From NCBI RefSeq assembly GCF_006345805.1, contig NC_043004.1, positions 806,001-870,000 of the forward strand: 64,000 nucleotides of DNA. The letters run 5' to 3'. The notes beneath the pieces were generated by a model. The model had not been told where the DNA came from. It searched no databases and saw nothing but the letters and a program-made list of their open reading frames with translations. The DNA is from Octopus sinensis (Eukaryota). A program made the translations under genes and the position numbers. Positions 12,091 to 26,027 of the stretch are shown here, one piece after another (position 1 is the stretch's first letter; every line of letters starts with the position of its first letter).

Positions 12091-12779
12091 GTGTGTTTCT
12101 CTGTGTGTGAGTTCGTACCTGCGCGTGTGTATGCACAATAGCTTCCTGGATTCTGGGCCGGGATTTCGGGACCGAATCTGCCATTTCTACTGGTTCCCTT
12201 TCTGTTGGTTTCGGGTTTTTGCACTGGGAGATTTGTGAAAGTCAACTGTCATACTTAGTTAAGTTCTGTTGTTTAAGTTTTAATTTTTTAGGTCAAGTGG
12301 GGTTCAGGCAGACGGGAGACGGAAGATCCTTTGTCTAGCTTGACCTAATTTAGTTAGAACAAAATCGAAGAGTACTCTTACCCCCGTCACTTGGTTTCCC
12401 ACTGGATATGCAAGTCTGTTTATTTCTTCCTTCACTTAGTGGATTGTCATCGTACCACAATACAACTTTCACCTTATCTCTTTGTCTCCTTTTTTCACTA
12501 GTCTTCTAGCAGTCAACAAAAAATGAATTTAACTACCTATATACACAACGGGCTTCTTTCAGTTTCCGTCTACCAAACTCATTCATAAGGCTCTGGTCGG
12601 CCCGAAGCTATAGTAAAAGACACTCGCCCAAGGTGCCACACAGTGGGACTGAATCTGGGACCGTGTGGTAAGCAAGCTTCTTACCACACAGCCACGCCTG
12701 AATTTTCCTGGCGAAAGTAAACAATAAGATAGAAACGTTTGAGTAATTTCAATTCCATTCTCTTCCCTACTTTAAATAT

Positions 12780-12946
12780 GGTTCCAAATTTTGGCACAAG
12801 TCCAGCGCTTTTATGGCAGGGGCCGGTCGATTACATCATCCCCAACTTGTACTTATTTTATCCATCCCGATGGCATGAAACGCAACGTCGACATCGGCGC
12901 TAAGCATTTTGTCCGGTGCGCTAACGAGTCTGTCAGTTCGCCGCCT
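12780..12946 (-). mobile_element. SINE S2 short form, internally deleted
   Basis: Reverse complement of the S2 head and short tail. Confidence 0.7.
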
Positions 12947-13739
12947 TCCTCTCCTAAATATGTCATCACGAACTGAATTATCCGAGAGGAGAGGCTTTCG
13001 AACAAGAAATGGTCACAGTCAAATGACTGAAACAAGTAAAAGAGTAAAAGAGTAAAAGAGAAATATTCAAAGAACCAACTCAATAAGTGATCGATTTGAT
13101 ATTTACTTGCAATAATAATAAAGAATTAGAAATAAAAATGAAAACGGGATGGGATTTAATTTTCAAGTCGATTCAATTATTGACTTTTCTTGAGTTGTTA
13201 ATATCTTGGAGATATCGTTTCATTGTTTTTCCTTCAGATTTTTTTTCTTCTTTTTGACTTTTATTTAACTCAGTTTATCTCGCAGGAATAATCGGCACTA
13301 GAAACCTCTCCGCCTCCATACAGAACGGTTAGTTCTATAGATTTGCTACGAATGTGTTGAAAACAAAAGGGAATAAATACGCTCCAGATGAGAAACGAAC
13401 CTTATTACTCATCGGAAATATTAATTTCATATCTCTGTAGAATCTATAACGAATCATGTTACTTAATTACCAAAGCGAAAGAATAAATGATTGTTCTATT
13501 TTTAGATGAAATCTAAAGTAATTAATCGTTTGACACCGAGGTTTATCAGTAATCAGTTCCTCCGAGAGATTTGATTAATTCCATTGAGTTTCACATCGAA
13601 CTTGTGATAGTCAAGTTGTTATTTATCTTTTAGAGAAGAACAACCGACAAAACTGAATAGCTGTTTGTGGGGTTGGCGAGTACGCTTTGGGCTCGAGATT
13701 ATTCGATTTCGATCATTTAGAAATGACAATAATAGCAAC

Positions 13740-13746
13740 AACAATA

Positions 13747-13795
<49 letters not shown>

Positions 13796-13799
13796 GTGA

Positions 13800-13837
<38 letters not shown>

Positions 13838-13841
13838 GTGA

Positions 13842-13912
<71 letters not shown>

Positions 13913-13920
13913 GTGATACT
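13740..13920. repeat. (TAC)n trinucleotide repeat with periodic TAGTGA interruptions
   Basis: Directly visible; source of the poly-T, poly-L and poly-V ORFs. Confidence 0.95.
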
Positions 13921-15030
13921 AACTCTGCGAGGAACTTACCTACTGGGACGTACACAAACCAACTACTATTGTCAAGCGTTGACACGCGAACATAAAGACG
14001 GGCGCGCACGCAAACATACGCATACATATAAACACACACACACACACATACACACACACACATACATGAATAATACACAGATACATATATGCATATATAC
14101 AAATATATTCATGCATGCGTCCAAACAAACATACATCCACACAAACACACATGCATACGCGTATACATACAAACACACACACGCATACATATATACATAT
14201 ATACATACCCGTTACGTTCCAAGTTCAAATTCCGCCGAGGTTGACTTTGCCTGTCATCCTTTCGGGGTCGATTAAATAAGTACCAGTTACGCACTGGGGT
14301 CGATGCAATCGACCTAATCCCTTTGTCTGTCCTTGTTTGTCCCCTCTGTGTTTAGTCCCTTGTGGGTAGTAAAGAAATATATACATATATCCATACATAA
14401 AAACATTCACGCAAACACACACCACACATACATACATACATACATACATACATACATACATACATACATACATACATACATACATACATGCATACATACA
14501 TACATACATACATGTGTATATGCGTACGTAGGTAAGTACGCACGCGCACTAGAATACCTTAATTTCTTCTGAAAATGTGTGAAGTACCTGAAATAGTGAT
14601 GTAAAAAGAAAAAGAAAAACCATGTAAAATAGAACTTCCCGTTTGTTTATTTTGTATAGAATTATTTTGCAGATCAAAAATAAAACAGCCGGTTGTTAAT
14701 GACTTTTTTCTTGATTGATAGATTGGTTTCTGGGGACTGTTTTTCGTAGATACTAGAAATTTAACAAGTTTTATTTGATTAATACCAACTACCAACGGCC
14801 ATTCTTGCATTAAATAGCGAAAGAAAACAAAAAGAAAATGAAAAACAAAGAGCAAACGGAAAACAAAAAGCAAATTGTTTGTTGACGATTATTTCGCTGT
14901 CGGAATCAGAGGAATTAATTATGAGAGTATTTTTGAGATAGATGTATATTTTTAGAATATTTCCTTGAGAAGATTGCAATCTTGATTATGATCAATGGCA
15001 GATTGATAAATCGGTAACGAATAGTGTTGG

Positions 15031-15225
15031 GTTCCTGATGTCAACATTAACAGAACGGCTGTTGAAGCACGTAGCAGGTTTAACATTGGAAATATGCATA
15101 ATGAGCAATAACACCCTGACAGCCATCTTCACAAACAAGAGTTCTTCTATGGAGTCGCTCGTTCTGCTAGATACAACAGTCACATTACACCCTATATCTT
15201 AAAACAAGAATGCGTTCTTTGGATG
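15031..15225 (+). pseudogene. L2/CR1-group LINE ORF2 C-terminal relic
   Basis: ...SRFNIGN...HKQEFFYGVARSARYNSHITPYILKQECVLW resembles SRxDYxN...LQxxQNxxAR...HITPxLxxLHWL; contains stops. Confidence 0.5.
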
Positions 15226-15837
15226 TTGTAGTCGGTGGAAATACGTGGAAAACCTTTGGTCATAGGTTCTGCTAGACCAGGCCTATCCTGCAGTTAAGTA
15301 ATAACAATAATTCGTTATGAGCGAAGGAGGCAGTATTAGTACAAAATAGCAATCTGTGTTATCATACTTAAAGTAGATACACAGATTTCCCTCGGACTTA
15401 TAAGGCCATCTACCCTGTTTCCACGGCGTATATAAGTGACTGAAATCACATAATTCCTTCTCAGCAGGATTCCGGTCCACTGAATGGTTCAAAGCCAACA
15501 AATTTTGAGAGGAGGGATCAAGTCGACTACATCGACCCCAGTACTTGACTGGTACTTTATTTTATCGACTTTGAAGGTGTCAAAGGCAAAGTTGACCTCG
15601 GTGAACTCAGAATGTGAAGGGCCGAAAGAAATGTCGCTAAGCATTTTGCCCTACGTGCTGATCATCCTGTCAGTTTGCCGCCATATTGTATCGTACAAAA
15701 AAAACACAAAGAGATAAAAAGGTCCTTTTGTAAAACACAACAGATCACATTGACTTTTCATACAAGTTACACGCGACTTTACTCCATTTTTTCACTCTTT
15801 CAATTTCTGAGTAATATCTACCTTCAAAAGTTATATA

Positions 15838-16046
15838 CAGTAATCCCACGATTATCGCAGGTGTTACGTTTTAAAACCTCCCACGGAAATAATTAAAATC
15901 TAAAAAAAAAAAAAGATAAACATCTATCGGCCGCAGACCCGGACATACTGAGGAGTCCGCGATATAAATTTACATATATTAGCCAGGAAAATCCGCGACG
16001 TACTGAGCGCGTGATAGGTGAACCGCGATGTGGCTAGTGATTTCTG
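15838..16046. mobile_element. Tc1/mariner (Tigger-like) MITE
   Basis: TA|CAGTAATCCCACGATTATCGC ... GCGATGTGGCTAGTGATTTCTG|TA. Confidence 0.7.
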
Positions 16047-16177
16047 TACACTGGTAGAAAACGAAAGAAATAATGTTTCTACCGAAAATTTATCCACAGA
16101 AATCCTTAACTCTTACCAAAAATGTCTAAAACGTAGTTTATGAGACTGTATCTCCAAAACACCTTAGATAAACTGTC

Positions 16178-16326
16178 CACTAGTGTAGCTGGGGCCGGGG
16201 CGGTAGGGGCGGTCCTCCCCGGGCGGAACTTTTGGGTCTGCTGTAGGCAATATGTGTTTTTCATGGGGTCCGGAGGCGGCAAACGGAAAGGCCACCCCGG
16301 CGGTACACACTCTAGCTACGCTGGTG
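16178..16326. mobile_element. hAT MITE with perfect 8-bp TSD
   Basis: TIRs CACTAGTGTAGCT / AGCTACGCTGGTG; AAACTGTC on both sides (16170-16177 and 16327-16334). Confidence 0.85.
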
Positions 16327-16587
16327 AAACTGTCTTAACACCATAAATACAAACCAGGAAGTAAAGCGCTTATTCTGATTTAAAAAGAGATCACTGTCCT
16401 ATAATATACTAGGGTCTATTTCAGCAATCTTTAACGTTCATTGTTAAATCATTTTTAAAGTCAAAGCAAAACTTTGAAAGGAAATCAAGAGAAATAAGTG
16501 GTGTGATGTTGTTGGTGTGTTACGTTCGACAAATTCATGCAAACGAGGCTCAGATTTCAATGGTTTATTGTTTAGTTTAGTCTTTTC

Positions 16588-16679
<92 letters not shown>

Positions 16680-17130
16680 CATTGTTATAACGTATTTAAG
16701 TTATTCAACACACGATATTTTGTAACTCATTTAACTTCCTGCGTTAACAACGTCGTCATTCTCCCTAAAAAAAGTGACACCTTGCTATGACCGAGATACC
16801 TAATGTACATTCACGTCAGCTCACACACGATTAAATATAATTATTTTCACTAATCAAAAATTCCCTCTAAAGTTATATTACGCTAGCGTCGAGTCAACTT
16901 TAAACATACAAACACGATCATTCTTTTAAAAATTAATTAGTTCCTCGGTAAACGAGGAAAGGCATTTCTCATGACCTCACAACCAGCGTCCCACGGGCTT
17001 GTGGAATCGATAAAGCTGTTTCTGTTAAGTCTGAACATTAGCAAGTTGAAGGTGGTAGGAAAAGAAAGGAATAAAATAGGAATTCAGTTTTTTCCATTTT
17101 TTTTTCGCTAAGGAAGGAATTATTGTTAGT

Positions 17131-17823
17131 CAGTGGTTCTCAACCTGTGGTCCGCGGATCCCTGGTGGTCCGCAAAGGTAATATTGAGGGTCCATGAACT
17201 AAATTCAAAATTTCGTAAATATATATATATATATATATAGTCAAAATTTATAGAAAAGACGAAAACAGGTGTGCGAACAACAAGCAGGTGTATTAGTTTG
17301 ACGCTCGGGAAAATGAAAAATTCTTTTACATATGCAGCCTACGCTCTTCAGCAGACAGAAATAAGAGAAAATAAGCAGAAAGAGAATTAAAAAAAAACCT
17401 TATAGATTTACCGGTCAAGCATGACGAATTTACCGATACTGTTATCGTACATAGGTAAATGTGCTTTCTTCGTTGTGGTTTAATTAATAATGTTAGTGTT
17501 TAATCCATCCTAGAATTAAGATGGAATAAATGTGGTGATATCTAAAGTATGTTTGTCCCCAAACAACATTTATTTTTAGTGCTGTGGACACCGCCGGACT
17601 GAATGGTACTGCTCAGGTGTCGAAACCATAGTGATATCCGTGGCGGCAGCTGATGATGGAGGTGTGTTGTATTGTCGGTATGGCTGTTATTGTACGTGCG
17701 GAATAGTTTTATAAGACATCTATTTGATGTGTGTGTGTAAGGATAAGCGTCTTAAAAGGGGTCCGTAGGAAAACTCATTTAAATAAAAGGGGCCCTTGGT
17801 AGTGAAAAGGTTGGGAACCACTG
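17131..17823. mobile_element. hAT (Charlie-like) MITE with a nested degenerate hammerhead-type element (about 17240-17390)
   Basis: TIRs CAGTGGTTCTCAACC / GGTTGGGAACCACTG; the nested piece matches 32050-32268. Confidence 0.8.
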
Positions 17824-17872
17824 GTGTAAATGTTTAATGAGGAATCTAAGGAATGAGACGGACAAAGGGATT

Positions 17873-17913
<41 letters not shown>

Positions 17914-18367
17914 ATAACAAGCCCTGGACGTTATTGTCTCGAGTTTTATGGTTCACAGAGTCGGTCACCCGATTTCCATGGCGTGTAAGCAATCGCAATC
18001 ACAACGTTTTCTCTGAACGGGACGCTAATCAGTGGCAGGGTTACCCATTTACCAGCTGAATGGACTGGTGCAAAGTGAAATGAAGTGTTTTGCTCAAGAA
18101 CACAACACGCCGCGCCCAGCCAGGGTATCGAAAGGGTTACGGGTCACTTGAAAAACAGGATCCTCAAGTTAAGGTCAGCATGGTGAAACAAGATTGCTTT
18201 CCGAGCTCGAGAAGCGGTGCTAGGACTGAACTCAGAACCACATGGTTGCAAAGCGAGTGTCTTAACTACTCTGCCATGCCAGCTCCTATGCAAACTTTTC
18301 TACGAATTCATTTTAAACAATCCCCAGTATTCAATTGGCTTTTAATTGGGACCTCGACATTCTGTTA

Positions 18368-18614
18368 TCTTTCTTTTATTTGTTTCGGTCATGAGACTGC
18401 GGCCATGCTGGGGCTTCGCCTTGAAGAATTTTTTTAGTCGAATCAATCAACCATAGGACTTAGCTTTTTTAAAAGCTTGGTAAATAATTTATCGGTCGCT
18501 TTTGTCGGACCGTTAAGTTACGGGGACGTAAACACACCATCACTGATTGTTAGACAGTGGTGGAGGACAAACACAAAGACACATACATGCACACACATGC
18601 ACACACACATATAC

Positions 18615-18701
<87 letters not shown>

Positions 18702-18867
18702 AATGAGGAGGGTTCTTTTAGTTTCCGTTTATCACATCCACTCACAAGGTTTTGGTCGACCCAAGGCTAAAGCAGAAGACACTTGCTCAATGTGTCATGC
18801 AGTACAACTGGACCCGGAACCACGTGGTTGGGATGTAAACTTCTTACCACACATCCACGCATACGCC
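18368..18867 (-). mobile_element. SINE S1 with (TATC)n expansion
   Basis: Reverse complement of S1. Confidence 0.8.
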
Positions 18868-19873
18868 CATTAAAAACAACAACAATAACAACAACAAATC
18901 AGAAAAACGTGATAGCCGACACAGTGAATAGTTTGGGATAAATGCAGTATTGATGTTCGTGTATTGAAATCAGTGGCTTAGCTAATAGGGGACGAAGGGC
19001 AGCGACCGCTCTCACAGAGTACATTTTACAAAATAGGCGCCTTTCATAAAATGTATAATCAATGAGTTAAAAATTTTCTGGTAATGTGTCACGGCGCCAT
19101 TTTGTTTTTTACGCCGACGTTGCTTACTTCATTTGAAAGGAAGAAAATCATTGACTCTTTGAATTCATGAGGTTTATTGAATCTATTTATATGGAAAACA
19201 AAATTTAAATATAAAAAGTATAAAACAAATGCGATAAAATATGGTGTGACGTTTCCTAAACACGTCTATTACATTGGACAGATGCAGTGTTACCAGAAGA
19301 AAAATTTCTGTCATAACAAGGAACACATTTGTTATATAATTTTACTTACGTCTAATGAGCCCTCATTATCCACAAGAACTTCATTTTTTTTTTACCCCGG
19401 TTCGCCGATCCCTGAAGTAGATGGTGATGCACACTTGCCTCATCTCACGTGTCTTTGAATAAAATAAACTGTTGAATGATTTCTGTTCGACCGTGTCTGC
19501 CAAAAATTCTAATTTCATCTTACCTGCGTGGTCAAAATACTTTAGATCTAAAGCAATTAATTTTGGCAACAACATTTTTTAATACCCAAATCTTTTATCT
19601 GTTCTATTTATAACCGAATCTCCGGATACTAGAAAATATTTAACGAAGACTTCTTTCGTGCATCAACTAATCTTTTTCTCGTCTATGATTCATTATAGCC
19701 TCTTTGTCTTTTACGTTCCTTGCACTGCTTCTATTCTGTGTTTACATTTTTGAGGCAGCTTGGTTGATCCACTCTTCCTTTGTTTGAATTGAGACATTCT
19801 TAAACTTATCTCGTACGTTTTTCATAACTTTTACAAAAAGCAGAATCAGATGAGAAGCCGTTACCTATCTTGA

Positions 19874-20178
19874 TTGTTATTTGTTCCTTCTCGAGCCATG
19901 CCTGACTAATAAAGGGCGGTTTCCCGGTTTCAATGGCATGTAGGTTCCTCATCTGAACGGGACGCCGGTCCATCACAGGTGAGCTGCTAGATGCAAGAGG
20001 AAAAAGTGAGAAAAAGTTGTGGCGAAAGAGTCAGCAGAAATTCGCCATTACCTTCTGCCGGAGCCGCGTGGAGCTTATGTGTTTCGCTCATTAACACACA
20101 CATTGCTCAGTCTGAGATTCGAACCCACGATCCCTTGTCCACGAGTCCACTGCTCTAACCACTAGGCCATGTGCCTCC
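19874..20178 (-). mobile_element. tRNA-derived SINE S4
   Basis: Minus strand: TGGCCTAGTGGTTAG (A box), GGGTTCGAATCTC (B box); tail ...GGCATGGCTCGAGAAGGAACAAATAACAA. Confidence 0.8.
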
Positions 20179-20576
20179 GTACCTTGATTACATTTTTGTA
20201 ATTCTTTGGATGAGCAATACTCGCAGAAATTCCAAAGTGTTCTTGAAAATTGTGAGGTGGTTGGGGGTTTATTGAGAAGCATGACATATCTTTTGCATGT
20301 TTCAGTAACTGAACTGCAGCCATGCTTGGGCACTGCCTTGAAGTGTTTGGTCGAAAAAATCGACCCTTCTACTTAATTTTTAAAACCTGGCTCTTATTCT
20401 GTTGTTCTCACTTATTGAACCGCTAAGTTACCGGGACGTAAATACTCCCACACCGTTTGTCATGTGGGGCAAACAAAGGCACAAGGACACACACACACAC
20501 ACACTCACAAACAAACAATCATAAGCACACTTTCACAAACACACATACACACACAAACTAAAGTCAACTAAAGTCA

Positions 20577-20863
20577 AAATTTAATTATGTACACAGCGGA
20601 ATAAAGGATGCAGCTTCTTTAACTTTGGTTTAGAATCCATATATTTCACCCAACATGGTGCTTGCTCCATCGTAAGACTGACTGTAACACAATTATAGAA
20701 TCCCTTGACATTTTGACTGATGGAAGTTAAAAGTTCTTCCTCCAAGCAATTCACTGAATTGTATAAATCGTTCCCCGGAACTGCAGTTTATGACTATATA
20801 TCGCAGACGTAAAGAAAATTAAGCTGCACCAACAGCAGAGTCAACAATTGTTGCAAGGTACTT
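20577..20863 (-). pseudogene. hAT transposase relic (DUF4371/ZMYM1-like catalytic region)
   Basis: KYLATIVD...FSLRLRYI and QSYDGASTMLGEIYGF*TKVKE...LNF match YFSIIxD...lSlxlRYV and GQxYDGAsxMxG...HxLNL. Confidence 0.7.
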
Positions 20864-20886
20864 AGTCACTTATTTTCATTGTACCT

Positions 20887-21250
20887 CGGAAGGGTCATAT
20901 GCCAAAATAAGCACACGCACCAATTGTAGTTCACTTCTTTTATTATTATTAGTCAATTGATTAACCATTTAACATATTAACTAATCGATTGTTTGATTAA
21001 TCATTCGATCAATTAATCAAGCAGCTAAGTTTGTTAAAGACTCGGAATAGAGAGGATATGTCATTGATGAGTTTGCGAATGGCGACGAAAGGGTTTTGAA
21101 TAAAAAAAAACCCTAATTGATTGATTGATTGATTGAACGATTAACCGAAACGTTCAATTAGTGAAGTGGTTCAATAGTTAATTGACAAATAATAACAGAA
21201 GTGAAATAAAATCAGTGCATGTGTTTATTTTTGGCATAATGACCGTCCCC
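20887..21250. mobile_element. Foldback/MITE-like element with ~140-bp imperfect inverted arms
   Basis: GGTCATATGCCAAAATAAGCACACGCAC pairs with GTGCATGTGTTTATTTTTGGCATAATGACC; pairing continues inward to about 21030/21115. Confidence 0.65.
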
Positions 21251-22662
21251 AAGATAAAACAAAATGTGTTTCAACACATGAGTTCACATTAAGAAACGAA
21301 ATACAAAAACTTAATATTCTAAACTTTGTCACTTTTTTCCCCCCAGCTATTATAATTGTTAGAAAACGGTTTAAGTATTGAATCAGATGTTTTTGTATGT
21401 CAGAGCAGAGGTATCTTTCATTTCTGTCGCTGAATAACTGTTAACTAAATTGCACGGAAAAATTGTCTTCATTTGTACTTGATAAACCCAAACCTTGATA
21501 TCGGTGATTATCACAGAATGCCAATCTCTATGTTCCCCATCTAGAAAGCTGCATCTACATACAATACAGATTAGAATCATCCTCGTACTATCTTTTACAT
21601 TTCTGCCGCTATAAGGCCAACGAAAAACAATTGTGCCATTTAAGAAACGATGTATGATAAGGAAGAAGTGCTCTCCATATTTTTTTTCATCGATTTTCTT
21701 TTTCTTGTCAGATTTGTATATACTTTTACTATATAAACTGCAGGTTATATATTAAAGGAATAACCGCCTTAAGGCATGGACACACTGAGAAATTTCCCAG
21801 GGAACTCGCGAGTCTAGGGCCCAATTCTGATCTATGTATGAGGTGGTTTAGTGTCAATAAATACTACAGGGCCGAAAATTGATTTTCCCGAGGGCCTACA
21901 ATGCTGTTAATTAAAATACCATCTCCGAGACTGTTCCTGTTAAAAGAAACCCGCAAATCAGTTGCAGTTTGATTTTGAAGTTTCTCTTTTTTAAGTGGGT
22001 TTACTGTGCGTTCACACACAAACCTAGAGCATATCTGCGACTGCTTACCTACTATTATCTAAGACTAAAAGGTAACGATAGCTTGGTAAGGTTGGGTCTG
22101 ACGCCTAATCTAAATGCAGATTCCGGCCTCTGATCCACAGGCGTGCTGTTTTTGTCTTTCCGATCGCTACGATAATGGCCCCTGCTCCTCAGAGCTTTTT
22201 GATCAGAGCAAACTAATCCGTCAGGTACTCACTCGTCTCTCCACTTGTGATCATACTTATTATACCTACTCTCCACCACCAACTCAGCCACTATAACCAC
22301 CATATCCAGTCCTATCTCCCCAGAAATTCTCCCCCTGGAATATTCTCGCTCGTCTTTCCTGTCGCTGTTGATCATCAACAATTTAAGGGGGATATTATCG
22401 GCATGTGTGTGTGTATGTGTTACTATCCTCACATCGCTTGACAACCGGTGCTAGTTTGTTTACGTCCTTCTTTCTTAGTTGGGCAAAAGAGGCCGATAGA
22501 ATAAGAACTGGACTTAAAACAAACAAACAGGTGCAGGGGTAGATTTGCTCAACCAAAGCCTTCAAGGCGGTGCCCCAGCTTGGCCGTATACTAATGACTG
22601 AAACGAGTAAAAGTTAAAAGATAAAAGTTGCTTGACAATAGCCAAGATGCGTCTGTTTAGCC

Positions 22663-23183
22663 CAGGGGTAGCGAAACTTTCTTGTGCGACGGGCAAAAAT
22701 TTCCAAAGATAACGGTCCGCGGGCTGATCACAAGTTCTAATTCTTATATTTGTGCAGATCTTGTATATATCTCTGTATAATTCGATATATAGTTCAACAC
22801 GTTAAATTAACGTGTAACATCTGCATCAACGCCACCACTTTATATTATGACGTTTATATTACTTATGAGGTATTCTTTATTGACCAGCTAGAGTGTAGTT
22901 GGGTCACAAAGGGGTGATATAAACATAGCTATATGTGTTTTATAGGGAAAACAAAATTTCCATTCAAATGGCAATTACCGGACGATTTTCTGTTCGAGTT
23001 TAACCGTTTTAAGTCGTAGTGGAAACGCGACCTTTGTCGCAAATAGGCATACGAATATTGTATGAATAATATAATTGAAAAATTTACTATATTCTGTACA
23101 TACGAGTGTACCAGCCTACAAGCGCAATACAAATAGGCTCGCGGGTGCAATTGCGCCCGCGGGCGGGGGTTTCCCCACCCCTG
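22663..23183. mobile_element. hAT MITE
   Basis: TIRs CAGGGGTAGCGAAAC / GTTTCCCCACCCCTG; partial TSD GTTTAGCC/GTTTAATT. Confidence 0.7.
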
Positions 23184-23399
23184 GTTTAATTGGTCGACTC
23201 CTAGAAAAGCAACTTGAGTTAGCAGTCCCATAGGAAGAAGTCAGTCGGCTGTTGTGTATAATTTTTGTTCTTTTAATTCATAAAGCTTCATAGAGTAAGA
23301 TTTCAACTATTTTTACACATTCACGAAATATCCTTCGTTAACATACCGAAGAATTTATGATCACACACACACACGCATATGTACATGTATGTGTAAGTA

Positions 23400-24519
23400 T
23401 ATATGTGTATATACATATACATATATATACTACATATACGTTACATACATACACACACACATAAATACATACATATACATTACATACACACACATATATA
23501 TGTATATATATGTACCTCTCTAGCAGTATATTGGATATATGTTATCCCATGGTGGGTTGAATTTTCAACCCCTATCTCATTTTATATATATATATATATA
23601 TATACATATACAGACATATACATACACACACATAAATACATACATATACATTACATACACACACATATATATGTATATATATATACATATATATATACAC
23701 ATATACAGACATATACATACACACACACATAAATACATACATATACATTACATACACATACATATATATGTATATATATATAAAATTAATTAAGGGTAGA
23801 AATTGATATTTATCAATTAAAACCAGTGGTCTAGCATATTAAAAAAGAATCCGAAGATTAAAATATTTATATATACCAATTAAGGACTGAATACGAAAAG
23901 TGGACAGTCAACATGCTAGATATAGACGTCAAATCGCCATTCTCCACAAAAGATTATGTTCTCAAATCAAACTCATCATCATATGTATATATATATATAT
24001 AGATAAATATATATATATATACATATACACACATATACATATACACACACATATATATTTATATATATATATATACCACGTATACATTACATACATACAT
24101 GCATACACACACATATATATGTATATATATATACACATACAGACATTTATATATATATACTACATATACATTACATACATACACACACACATAAATACAT
24201 ATACATTACATACATGCATACACACATATATGTATATATATATACATATACAGACACATGCATACATACACACACATATATTTATATATATATACTACAT
24301 ATACGTTACATACACACACATATATATGTATATATATATATATATACATATACAGACACATACATACACACACATATATTTATATATATATATATATACA
24401 TATATATACACTACATATACGTTACATACATACACACACATAAATACATACATTACATACATACACACATATATGTATATATATATATACATATACAGAC
24501 ACATACATACACACACATA

Positions 24520-24570
<51 letters not shown>

Positions 24571-24698
24571 TACATATACGTTACATACACACACACATAA
24601 ATACATACATTACATACATACACACACATAAATACATACATATACATTACATACATACATGCATACACACACATATATATATATATACATATACACAC

Positions 24699-24731
<33 letters not shown>

Positions 24732-24790
24732 CTACATATACGTTACATACATACACACACATAAATACATACATATACATTACATACATG

Positions 24791-24824
<34 letters not shown>

Positions 24825-24830
24825 CTTATA
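23400..24830. repeat. Compound TA/CA microsatellite organised as a higher-order ~120-130-bp minisatellite
   Basis: TACTACATATACGTTACATAC and CATATACAGACAC recur roughly periodically. Confidence 0.8.
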
Positions 24831-25996
24831 CAGACACATTAGTCACGTGCAAATAGTACAAATAATCTAAGTAAAACATCTCAACTACAGTAGAGAGAGA
24901 CCAAAACCTATTCAACAATATGAACAAAAAAGAAAAAGTTGAATGAACCGGTGTCGTCGGATGTCAATTTCCACGCATGCTCAGTGACGTTACTGATCAG
25001 CAAAGTGTAACCCACATTTTCTCTTTATTTATACATATTTCTCCAAATAATAACCGATCGTGTAATTTCTCCATATGGCCTGCAGTTGCCATGAATTAAC
25101 CATTTGTTTTAAAGTTGTTCATGGAGTACACGTTTAAGATGTTATGCGACTGTAAACAATTCATTATGGTTGTATTAAACCCAACCTGGAAGTTGTAACG
25201 GTGACTCATTATCGCATTTCCTCGTTCATTCTTCTATCCCGCTGCAACTAGATCCGTGACATTTATTATTATCGCTGTGTTTCGATAGCAGACTTTAAAC
25301 ATTCAATTAATTAATTATTATCATTATTATTACTGCTACCGAAAACAGAAACAATAACTCGATTTGTCAAACACTGCTCAACTCAAGCAGTTCTCTTTTA
25401 AATCGGACTCCCCCCTCCTCAGTTCCATCTCAAAGTCTAGTCATGGAATATTCAAGGTAGGTATTCCTCTGTTAAATACTTTTCCCTCTCTTTCTCTCTC
25501 TCAAAGTAATTCCTCTTTGCAGAGTTGCGTTGGCAGGCTGCATTACCATACTCACAGACAGTATACTCCTCCTACAACATATTTCCTACTAATACATATT
25601 CCTAGTATGCTTATAGTAATGACTATTCATGTGCATGCACAAATATAAATGTACATATGTAATATTAAAAAACAAACAAACCAAAACAAAAAAAACACTT
25701 GTTTTCTTATTCAAAGTAATGTCCTTAATATTTAAACATTTATAATTAATTTACAACATGTAGGGATATGTTTGCATTTTTAATATCTTTTTACATCCGA
25801 GCTAGTAGACCAAATGTGCCACGCATGCATCTATCTATCTATCTATATATATACTCGCGCGCACTCACATACACACGATATATAGTTTAATATTTGTGAG
25901 TTCTTTCGCTTTAGATCTTGTATCTATCTATCTATCTGTCTGTGTCTTTCTATCTCTCTGTCTGTCTTTCTATCTTTCTGTCCGTCCGTCCGTCCG

Positions 25997-26027
<31 letters not shown>

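Noticed and set aside
19350-19545. Minus-strand micro-exon candidates (DLKYFDHAG; EVLVDNEGSLD)
   Set aside because: Reading frames do not chain without assuming a homopolymer error, and there is no recognisable protein.
19990-20180. tRNA-like heads of SINEs (also 1800-1852, 43361-43430, 48900-48982) as tRNA genes
   Set aside because: No complete cloverleaf, and each continues into a SINE body.
22060-22400. Possible Penelope ORF relic or exon
   Set aside because: Similarity is too weak to call by eye and several stops are present.
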